Below, in pieces: positions 53,334-64,000 of a stretch of DNA of 64,000 nt. A program made the translations under genes and the position numbers. The stretch comes from Podarcis gaigeae (Eukaryota), in assembly GCA_964106915.2 (NCBI GenBank), contig OZ066915.1, one strand, 5' to 3'. Within the stretch, counting starts at the first letter, position 1; the number at the start of each line of letters is the position of its first letter. Under the pieces are notes generated by a model. The model saw only the letters and a list, made by a program, of their open reading frames with translations, was not told the origin of the DNA and made no database searches.

Positions 53334-54631
53334 CATGGCTGTGGGAAGGCTGTAATCCTATGCACACCTCCACTGAGCTGTGTGGTACTTACTTCCAAGT
53401 AAACAGACACAGGATTGCACTGCACTTTTCTGTTTCTGAATGCGTAACTTACTCTCTTTCACTTTCAAAACAAAACAATTACAAATGCTGAGGTTTGCAA
53501 AAACTGCTCCATCAGATGTAAGTCCCCCCCCCCCCCCACTTGAGTATTCCTTTCACTTTTCTCTCCAGGCCTTTAATTATATAACAAACTCACACAGTAT
53601 AAATACAATCCCGACTTGCATATCCTGTGGGAGAACTTAGTATTGCAAACCTGACTGAAAAATGCTGGCATGCTGGCCATGCGTTTCAGCCGTGTGTTGC
53701 TCTATCTTTATGAGTAGTATAGTTTAGTCTAGGGCCCTTTCTGTTGAATAACATGAGCACAATCAGGACACAAATATGATAGCAGGCTTACCCGTTTCTC
53801 ACTCCCTCTCTTTTGCTGGGGCTGTGCATTTATGCACCCACTGAGCTCTTGAGCACTAACAATGCTTCGTCTAAGATTCTGGAAGCTGCACCACATCAGA
53901 GATGTGGCTTCCGTCACCCTCAAAAAGTGTGATGTGTTTGCCAACATTGTTACTGAGAAATTATAAAGGTCTTTCCATTACCGTCACCCTTGATGCGTGG
54001 AGCAAATGCAAGAAGCTGGCATGAACAGTGGACACTAAACAGGTCTAGTGAGTTATTGGCAGTCAAAGGCCAGGTTGTGGCATTGTGCCACTAGCATTTG
54101 GTGGGGATGGGTGCAGGGCACAGGGGTGTGTATGTGTATGTTTGTGTTACAAGACAGTTCTGCACTATCTCAGTGAAAGGAGAGTGTGCAAGGCCATGCT
54201 AGCACCACTATTAAAAAATGCTTCTCTCTTCCACTTATATTCATACATTACACACAAAACACAAGTCCTCCAAAAACTTCACTGGGCATCATGCAGGCGA
54301 TGTTTTCTCTATCTAGAGCAACAGCCTTTGGACTAAGCTTCAAAGACCCCAGAAAGAATATTTGTGCTGCAGATTTATGCTGGCTTAACCATTTTGGATT
54401 CTACAGAAAAATCTGAATTTACTGCAGGTACTGAGAATTCTCCTCTCACAGACCACAGTTGCCAGGACTCCCAGAAGAGAAGAACTGCAAATGAAAGCCC
54501 ACTTAAATATTTCATGTAGGCTCCTACCCATCGTTGCATGAGTCTCCATCCTCCTCAAGCCCACACTTCCTGTACTTGACTAGTCCCAGATTATAAGCCA
54601 AACCCGACCTGAACTCACATTCCCCCCCATT

Positions 54632-54908
<277 letters not shown>

Positions 54909-56047
54909 TTATAATCACAGTCAGAACAGGCAACTGCTGCCTTTGAAACAAAGCAATTTGTACCTTTCCCTCTCACTGTCTGATAAAATTCATGCTTACA
55001 GAACAATTCAAAATACAAAGAATTCACATGCAGGATCCATAAGGAGTAAAGGCAAACTTGCAGCACCATTTAGTATATTGTGAAGATTTTTATTTGAGTA
55101 TAGGCCCATCAGTGTGCCTGAATATCATTTAATGATATTAGTGTGGATATTTATAACTGGTGGTTGCATGTTCAAAAACCATCTCAAATGGCATGCCCTA
55201 CTAAAGAGTCATTCTAATTCCCAAATATTGCCAATGGAATTGTGTAAATTAAATAAGTTCATTTTTTATTCTGCCAAGGTTTTGCTATTGTTGTTGTTTT
55301 TAATATAAATTGAGTTGCCATTATTATGTAAGCTCAGAACAATCCAGATGACTTTGGTCACTGGACACACTACTAGAAATATAAAATAAATCATAGTAAA
55401 CTGAACTGCTGCAAGAGAATGTCCTAAACTAACTCCATGCTGCCCTGAAATTAAATCACTCAATTTTTAAACATCCATTAAAGATGAAGCCCAAAGGAGC
55501 ATTCAGGTATGTCCTAGATCAAGAAAGTGATTCAGCATTTGTTCTTTCTCTTGCATGCATTATCAGAGCTGCTCCTGTGGGTGGCTGTCTGCATCTCATA
55601 CTTACCTAGTGAGCTGGAGACTTAGTGCAGCAAGCACAGATGATTTGCTACCCATTCGTGTTTAGACGAATCTGACTTGGCAGCTTGCCTGGGTGTGCTT
55701 GTGGGAGTGAGGTAATGGTTCATAGGAAGAAGCTCTCTGACTTGGATATCTCAAGCTAATGAGCTCTTTATCACCCCACGGGCCTGATGATGTTGGTAAG
55801 AATGAGGCTGTCGGAAGAACAAGCTTGTTATGCTGACATGTATTAAGCCATTGATATTGTGTCTTTCTCCAGGTGAGGGAACAAAGCTTCTAATGGGAAG
55901 CTGCTGTTAGGTTTGCTACTTTTACCAATCATTTTTTTAAACATCACTAATTTGGATTCAGCAATGTGGGTACATTTATGGATTAATACATAAACTCATT
56001 TTATTATGCACAGCAAGACATGAAGAACAAGAGCCTAGATATTAAGG

Positions 56048-56299
56048 CAGGGGTAGGCAACCTAAGGCCCGTGGGCCGGATGCGGCCCAATTGCCTTCTC
56101 AATCCAGCCCATGGACTGTGTGGGAATCAGCGTGTTTTTACATGAGTAGAATGTGTGCTTTTATTTAAAATGCATCTCTGGGTTATTTGTGGGGCATAGA
56201 AATTCATTCATCCCCCCCCCAAAAAAATATAGTCCAGCCCACCACATGGTCTGAGGGATGGTGGACCAGCCCACAGATGAAAAAGGTTGTTGACCCCTG
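56048..56299 (+). mobile_element. hAT-Charlie MITE, complete, with perfect 8-bp TSD
   Basis: TIRs caggggtaggcaacct / aggttgttgacccctg. TSD tattaagg at 56040-56047 and 56300-56307. Confidence 0.92.
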
Positions 56300-56374
56300 T
56301 ATTAAGGGCTATGGTCTGCAAATTCTTGAATGATTCTGGGTCTCTTACAGAGCTACTCAAGAGTAAATTATATA

Positions 56375-56586
56375 CAGTGGTACCTCGGGTTACAGACGCT
56401 TCAGGTTACAGACTCCGCTAACCCAGAAATAGTACCTTGGGTTAAGAACTTTACCTCAGGATGAGAACAGAATTTGCACGGCAGCGGCATCACAGCAGCA
56501 GCGGGAGGCTCCATTAGCTAAAGTGGCACCTCAGGTTAAGAATGGACCTCCAGAATGAATTAAGTTCTTAACCTGAGGTACCACTG
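56375..56586. mobile_element. Tc1/mariner (Tigger-like) MITE, complete
   Basis: TIRs cagtggtacctcgggtta / taacctgaggtaccactg, with TA on both sides. Confidence 0.92.
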
Positions 56587-56782
56587 TACAAAGTTTGTGA
56601 TGTGTGTGCTTTGAAGCAAGAATTGAGTAATGTGACCTGGTTGGCAGCCAAGTAGGAAGATGAAGACTGAAGAGGGGTCATTCAATTCTGCTTCATACTC
56701 CAGTGCACCCACTATAAAGTACTTCTGTGCTTTTATTCACTGTGCAAGTTCTTTGTGTGTCTTTTGTAGTTTTGCTGTAAAA

Positions 56783-56790
56783 TACATACA

Positions 56791-56820
<30 letters not shown>
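56783..56820. repeat. (TACA)n microsatellite
   Basis: Directly visible. Confidence 0.95.
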
Positions 56821-56821
<1 letters not shown>

Positions 56822-57518
56822 TTATTTATTTAGATTCCCATACTGCCTTTCTGCAGAGTTTCCAGGGTGGTTTACAAAGAAAAAAAGAAAGACTACTAAT
56901 ATGTTTTTGACCTGAACTTTAAGCTATTTAACGCTTTACATATTCCAGTGTTTTAAATAACTATGTAACATAGTTATTTAAGGTGCTACTGGAAGGAATT
57001 TTTTTTGTTTTGACTATGGCAGACCAACACGGCTACCTATCTGTATATGTAACATTGAGTTGCATACAACAAAGTAAATGCACAAATGGAACAAATTCTG
57101 CTTGTGCAACAGAACTTCCCCTTACTCTCCATGACACTGTACACCCCCCAAAAAAACCTTCTCTGGGTTTCCCCCAAACCTCTGAAGCAGATTTGCATGG
57201 TATGAGGCATGCAGGTGAGGTGACTGCTCATCCTTGCGGCTATACACATTTGGGCAGATTTATTCTGCAACTCCAGGGTATGTTTTTGGTATGATAACCA
57301 GGCAGTGGTGAGAATCCTGGTGAAACATTCTTCCCAGTCTGACAGGTTCATCAGGTTGCTTCAGGCTTGCTGGCTAGCATCTCTTCTTAGCAAGTTTGTT
57401 CCAGGCCTCGACAACAGCATAGCAGGCGCTCTGCCTCGGTTTCAGGAGAATCACTTTCAAGCTCTTGCACCTTGGGCTCGGCCCTTTCCCATGGAGTTGT
57501 GGGCACGTGGAAGCACAC

Positions 57519-58203
57519 TGTGACACAGGGAGTATTACAGTCCATTGTCCTCACTACATTTCAGCCATATTCCAGGCCGTGGTCTTCCTTCAAGGTCCTT
57601 GGGTCTTAAGCTGGAGAAGGCCCTCACCCATCTCATCCTCATGAGGAGGATGTTTTGCAATATCTCATGTCTCTTAAGGAACGGGATTTAGTCGTCAAGA
57701 CAATGTCCTTGCACATAGCAGTTACCACTCTATTCTGCAAACTCCTCTGGTTACCTGATCCCCGTAACTCCTTTCACATGTGCAGGCTGCTGGAGGGCTA
57801 GCATAGGCATAATCCTCTAACCCTGAGCACTAGGAGGCCAGTCACATACAAACGTTTCTGGATGCCTTACTCTCTTAGCATATTTTGGAGCTCTATGGGT
57901 CAAGGAGTGCACTGCAAGGCTCTCAACATTCCTAGCCACCAGGGGACTCTTGCAAAACAACCTGCAACTGTCTAACTCTTCTCTGAGGCTGCAGGTGCAA
58001 GTTTCAAAGACCAACCAGTGGGGTGAAGGGGCTGAAAACCTCTCCCCATTCTGGCCCGTGCCCCGTGGCTGACACCAGGAAATTTTTGGCCCACAGTAAT
58101 CAATAAAGTTGTGGCCTGTTTAAATTCCAAAATGCTTTTCTTTGTTCATTGTAATCTCAGCTGGGACTCGCCGCCTGTGGCTCCACTATGCCTTGGGCCC
58201 ACA
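57519..58203 (+). mobile_element. Probable degenerate LTR (5' boundary uncertain)
   Basis: GC-rich block with aataaagttgtggcc poly(A) signal (58102-58107), followed by a U5-like segment ending CACA. No TSD recognised. Confidence 0.5.
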
Positions 58204-58952
58204 ACTTCAGTACGTGTTTAAAGTATAGCAGGAACAAAACACTAAAAAAATAATTTTTATGTTCTCCATTTCTTTGGTTGTGACATCTATAAAAAGATAA
58301 AGGGCAGCTCTATAAGAACCCAGCCTCAGCTCCTTATCTCTTGTTTGAATAGTTAAATGCCATCTTGGTTATTACTCATGCTTTCAACTATTGAAGAATT
58401 TTCCTTGCACACTGCGCTGTGAATCAGATCTGCAATTTAGACACGCAGCATGCGTGCTGAGGATGCCCACAAAAAAGGCAAATATGCTAATCCCTGCCAT
58501 TTCTATTTTGGCTTTCAACTGCAGTTCCCTTCACTGATACAGCTCTCATGAAATTGCTTATATTGAATACAGTAGTCTTCTTTGAGACAGAGGTCTCACA
58601 TGGCTTAGGAAGATGGGAGTTGTAGTCCAATAGCATCTGGAGGCCACCATGTTGGCTACCTCTGGGCTATGCATTTGGGGAGGCTTCAACTGGGTGCTAG
58701 GGGTCAGTAGCATTTTGCTGTTATAAATTGTTTTGTTAATGTTCTTGCTGCTAAATGTTGAATTGTGGTTTTAATAATCTTTAGTTTATTGCAAATTGGT
58801 TAAATGGTACAATATTGAGGGCTCAGTGTGGGTTGAAACTGCAGGATAGTACAGTGTCCCCCAAATCTGCTCTGGATGGCAGAAGAAGATGAAGAGAGAG
58901 GGAAGGATGGAGAAGTCCTGCTACACACAATATGTTGGATCTTGCCCCAATG

Positions 58953-58954
<2 letters not shown>

Positions 58955-58992
<38 letters not shown>
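58955..58992. repeat. (CA)n microsatellite
   Basis: Directly visible. Confidence 0.95.
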
Positions 58993-58996
<4 letters not shown>

Positions 58997-59361
58997 AAAG
59001 AAACTTTTTAAAAAAGACAACTGGGATGTGCCTTTTGTGGGCTCTAAACACCTCCTGATATTCCAAGTTATTCAGTGCACACTGTGAGTCCCTAGCCACC
59101 ATGAAGTCTAGAATATTAGCAGTGACAATTCTCCATGAACCACCTTCAGAACTCCAACCTATGGCCTTAAGGCAAATGATGAACAGGTGAGTATACATTA
59201 GTGCTTTTACAGTGACTTCTGGGGTTAATCTCTATTGAGATAAGGCAGCAGGTTCAGTATGTGACTGATGCTCTGGCTCAGGGGCAAGGATCCTGTTTCT
59301 TTGCCAGCAATGCCCAGTTGAGCAGTCAAAAGGAGTGGAGAAGAGCTCTCTTGCACCTTCA

Positions 59362-59453
59362 CATACCCTCCAATCCCAAGATCAAATCAGAAACTGGGAT
59401 GGCTTCTCTGAATCAAGGATGTCCCTGGAAAACAGAGAAACTTGGAGGGTCTG
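59362..59453. mobile_element. Short MITE of the 6-bp-TSD family (same as 23726)
   Basis: Termini cataccctcca / tggagggtctg. TSD ccttca at 59356-59361 and 59454-59459. Confidence 0.85.
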
Positions 59454-61054
59454 CCTTCATGGTTACTGGAGTGAATGCTGACTGGTCTGGAGATCCCTTT
59501 ATTGTTAAATTGCATCAAGATCTTTCATAGTGAATCATAGCGGAATTAAATCAATAGGGACCCTTAGTCTCTCCCTCACTTATAGAACTATGATTCCAAG
59601 CTTCTCTGGGGAAATGGGAAGACTATTAAACCAATTTAAGTTGGTGGTCCACTGCCATCTGGGTAAAGCGTGTTGTCTGGGCATGTACAGTAAATTCAGT
59701 AGGGATGAGATGCACAAAGATTTCAAGTGAACTCTGGAATTTCCTAAGCTAAATAGAACAAATCATCATTCAGCATTCCTAGTCACAAGGTTCCATTCAC
59801 GTATTATGTGTGTACCAGAACAGATGTACAGCAGAAATTTTTCTATCTCACAATAAAAATTTAAACCAATAAAACTAAGCTTGAAGCGAAAAGAGCTCCT
59901 CTACCTCCCCTCTATTTCTATAAAGCTTCTACAGGATCTACATAAAACCTGGGCCCTGCTCAGGCTCATCTGATCCAGCCAAGCTATTCTTATCACAGGA
60001 AACCAACTGTCTGCCGCCATGTTCATGTTTGGCTCCAGTACAAACTTCCTCTCTTGAAGAAGCACACCTGTGGAGATTACTTTTAGACCTAAACAACCTG
60101 CTGAGCCATGATCACCATTCCTCCCTCACAGTGATGAAAAGGAACTTCTATATTTTTGCAGCAGGAGCCAAATGCCATAAAGGCACTCTCCATTCATCGA
60201 TTTTAACACAATAAATTATTGCCATTTAGTTCAAGCATTTTATTTTGGGGTCATATTTTTATTTAAGCTTAACACCATAAGAAATTGTACAGGAAATGCA
60301 AAGTGTCGTCCTATAACAACCTGTGATGATATATGACAATTGCTACCTCTATGGTTTTGCAAGTCATTCTTTTACCTGCTTCTGCAGAGCAGATCAGGAA
60401 GGTTCCCCTTTGCTGCATGTTGGTAGGGGTTCAATAGCACTTAGACATTATAAATAAATCCAAATATTATCCATACAAGTGCCTCCATTTTAACAAGTGT
60501 TGCATGGGCTAAGTAACCTCTGGTCAACAGAACAAACGAAGTATGCAGATACTTACACTCATTTTAACCAGGTAAAGCAAAAAACAGATTCTTACAGCAT
60601 GGCCAATAACTGTGAATGACAAAACTCAGCAACAGCCCCATGAGTTATGTGGAAGGCTGGACTGCACTGAAGGGCTCTGGCAGAGTAGCAGAGTAGCGAG
60701 GAATAGCTGTTTGAGTAACACTATGTTTTCAGTGAATGAGCACAGCGATACTAGGAAAAAACATATTGCTCCATAAAATGTGGGATTATTTAAAAAGAGA
60801 AATATCCTGCCTTGCAATAATGGGCAAGTATAAATGAGATTATTATGGATCAGGCAAATCAAAGCAGGACAATATGATGTTTAGTACAGATGGTTTTTTT
60901 TAAAATAATCAAGCCTCCATCCCAATGCCACAGGAAAATCTCCACTGAACAGTTTGAAGAGCACAGCTCCATGGAATTGCTATGCAAACTCACCTCATGC
61001 ACTTTTGCATAAACCCACTCTCTGCCCACATCCTTCAGGTAAGGATAATAAAGC

Positions 61055-61300
61055 ACTTCATAAGGACATAAAGCCCTGCTAGAATGGACAAAGGGTTTAT
61101 CTAGTCCAACATCCCATTTCTCACCTTGACCAATGAGATGACTCTCAAAAGCCCACAAGAAGTGCACTTGTGCAGCCACAAATGACTCCTCTGGTTGCTC
61201 TCAACTAGCTGGTATTCAGCGGCCATAGTCAATATATAGCTACAATGACCAGTATCCATAGCCTTATCATCCATTAAATTATTGAATCCCCTTTTTCAAA
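61055..61300 (-). mobile_element. CR1 LINE 3' end
   Basis: cataaggacataaagccctgct...atctagtccaacatc...ctcacc...gaccaa is a reverse-complement match to the tail at 7735-7938. Confidence 0.65.
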
Positions 61301-61466
61301 GATCGTCACTATGAAACATGAGGCCATACGACAAGGCCATGGCAGAAGGTGGGTTTTGGCCCTAAGTTCCTTGGATCAAACTCCACCGAAACACTTTGTA
61401 ATAGCAATGACCTGCAAAGTTTGAGGTGGAGAGATTCATGCTGAGGCACATGCATGGTGTTTGGTA

Positions 61467-61828
61467 AGGTAAAGGTAAAGGTACCCCTGCCCGTACGGGC
61501 CAGTCTTGACAGACTCTGGGGTTGTGCGCCCATCTCACTCAAGAGGCCAGGGGCCAGCGCTGTCCGGAGACACTTCCGGGTCACGTGGCCAGCGTGACAT
61601 CGCTGCTCTGGCGAGCCAGAGCCGCACACGGAAACGCCGTTTACCTTCCCGCTGGTAAGCGGTCCCTATTTATCTACTTGCACCCGGAGGTGCTTTCGAA
61701 CTGCTAGGTTGGCAGGCGCTGGGACTGAGCAGTGGGAGCGCACCCCGCCGCAGGGATTCGAACCGCCGACCTTTCGATCGGCAAGTCCTAGGCGCTGAGG
61801 CTTTAACCCACAGCGCCACCTGCGTCCC
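61467..61828 (-). mobile_element. Full-length Sauria SINE with 13-bp TSD
   Basis: Minus strand has a tRNA head with A box tggcgctgtgg and B box ggttcgaatcc, and an (ACCTTT)n tail. TSD atggtgtttggta at 61454-61466 and 61830-61842. CpGs are retained. Confidence 0.95.
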
Positions 61829-64000
61829 AATGGTGTTTGGTACCACATCCCATAATCACCCCCCCCACACACAGTATGTCTCAGAATTCTGAAATAAAAG
61901 AAACATTTTCCTGCAAGTTTTTGAATGGGGTAGCGGGGAATTACAGACTAGGTTCCTAGGTCTTCAGCTTGAAGCATTTCCTGTCTTTGTACAGCACAGA
62001 AATGCCACAATCCATCCCTCCGCCACATTGCCATATGGCTTTCAGCTACCCCCAGAAGAACAGGGGGGAAAGAATCTGCCTTTTCCCCCACCACTCAACC
62101 ACAATATGCCTGCTTGAGAACTTTGCAGATCTCCTACTTCAAACTCCTACTTTTGTCTCTCTTTACTGCTTTCTTCCTGGCTAGCACTCTTGTTGATGCA
62201 GAGAACCAACTTTTCATTTTTTCTGAAGAAAAGGCCACCACCCAGGTAATGGGCATGCCCATCTTGATGCATGTATTCATGGAACGGGCCCGACAAATCA
62301 GGGTAGGCTGCCATTTTCCCATTCATCTTCTAAATTACTGCTAGTAAAAACACCAGCCCACATTACAGAAACATGCAAGACATTACGTCTGAAATGGAAG
62401 TTACAGTGTTAAGATGGCTAAACCTGTTGTTGCAACATCTTACCTTCTCCAGGCTTTTGCTAGTGTCTGCAACTATTGCTTTAAAATGGGGAACACTCTT
62501 TGCAAAACAAGTTCCCATACCCAGTCTTTCCATGACCTAAAATACACAGACTCTTTCCTATGTGTTCCCCACCTCTCTTTAAACTCTCTCTCCCCATCTT
62601 CATCTTTGCTGGTGACATCATGCTTCATGCCCTGAAGAGGAAGCTTTTCTGACAACTTTTCAATGGCAAGGCCCAGACAAGCCTCCATTCTGCTCCTCAA
62701 AGACCCCATCCGAACTGTCCACAAGCAGGATGAACTGTTTTCCCTTTAGACTTTTCACCCTGCTGTTGTAAATCCCATTGGCATCCAGCCAAGGCCTATG
62801 CTAGACACAGCCATAATAGAGTCATTTTTCTTCTGCCCTTCGCAGAAGGAAACAGCAGAAATGCTCTCCTTTCAAATAGTTTAACAAAGTGCAGATCCCA
62901 ATTGAAGGTGACTCTGTAACCTCTCCAGCAGAAACCATTGGCTCCACTGCCCTGTGCTCACCCCATAAGGAAGTAGAGGCTAACACAGACAATTTAAAGG
63001 GAAGCATGTATAAGGAGCTGCCTTCATAGCAGCAGTAATGTGGAGACGCAGCTGCTCCTCTGGGCTACATCATATGAGAAAATGGGCAGATGAGTGGAAT
63101 AGTTTTGGAGGAGGGAGGAGCTCTATGAAATTGGTATGGAAAATAACATATTTCTAGGTGATGCCAGGGTCTCACATTCTTCACTCAGTACATTATCCTC
63201 TTCCAATTCCTCCACACTCCTCATTGGTTTGCTACCCTTGCTTCTCCTTCCTTCTCCCCACACTGTCCAAATTCAGACTGTAAGTGTTCCACACAGCAGA
63301 GACTTCTTCTGCTACTTGTGCTTTCACAAGAAGCTATGAGGACACTATATAAATCAATGGGATGACCACAAAAGCCTACGCCTGTCCCTCTGCTTACACA
63401 AACCAGAAAATGAGCCAATCAGAATGGAACCATAACTGGCTTTTAAAGAGATAGGGCCCACAAATAAGTCACAATGAGTTTGGAAACACAAAAGATTATT
63501 TCACTTGTAGGTCAGGCACGAGGCCTGGGTGATGGATTTGCTTGCTGAATGTTTAGGAAATGCTGAACTTTCTTATGTGTGTAGTAAAGATCCACAACAG
63601 AAATGATCTGCCCAGCTCCCAGCTCCCACCCCTCATTCTTTTTTTTTTTGCCAGGTATATAACAAGCACAATCATGAACAACATGTGCATCACCTTTTGG
63701 TGCAAATGGTACCAGTCACCCCCACCCCCAGCAAAAAGTACAGAGCAAAGCCTACTTGGGAGCAAAAGAAGAGGCAGTTCCAGCATTTTCCCTGGTCAGC
63801 TGGCACTACTCCATATAGTGAAGCTTGAATCAAAGCAGAAACTCGGCATCATAGTTAATGAAATGGCACAGAATTGTTCTCTAATCTTCCTCAAGCAATC
63901 CAAGTGCCAGTCCCTATCTCACCACTCCATCATTACTTGTGTTCCTGTTACGTTTTCTCAGTTAATGAACTCCAAATGGCTTCTTGTTCTGGTGCGGAGT

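Noticed and set aside
55597-55612. atacttacct resembling the U1 snRNA 5' end
   Set aside because: The downstream sequence does not match U1. It is simply the complement of a donor consensus.
61750-61828. tRNA gene
   Set aside because: The A and B boxes belong to the tRNA-derived SINE head, which continues into the SINE body.

Overview
Vertebrate nuclear DNA, AT-rich and CpG-depleted. It is almost certainly a squamate, and probably a lacertid lizard, inferred from Sauria SINEs with (ACCTTT)n tails and MIR-related tRNA-SINEs with (CTT)n tails. I found no intact, recognisable protein-coding gene, rRNA, tRNA gene or CRISPR array. The window reads as intronic or intergenic sequence full of decayed mobile elements: L2, CR1 and RTE LINE fragments, Sauria, Squam3-like and CR1-tailed SINEs, a fossil hAT transposase split by a SINE, several hAT and Tc1/mariner MITE families, and probable solo LTRs. 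It also holds a 5'-truncated processed RPS15A pseudogene, microsatellites and a 181-N assembly gap. Four minus-strand splice-site signals (2918-3260, 37548-37584, 50541-50666, and a donor near 55607) hint at an unidentified host gene transcribed right to left; this is unproven. The most interesting items are a MITE family with 6-bp target duplications, LTR-like elements carrying acidic/Ser/Arg-rich reading frames, two retro-insertions with apparent target deletion, and a hairpin that post-dates a MITE insertion. I see no convincing novel biological system. Family names come from motif recognition, not database searches.
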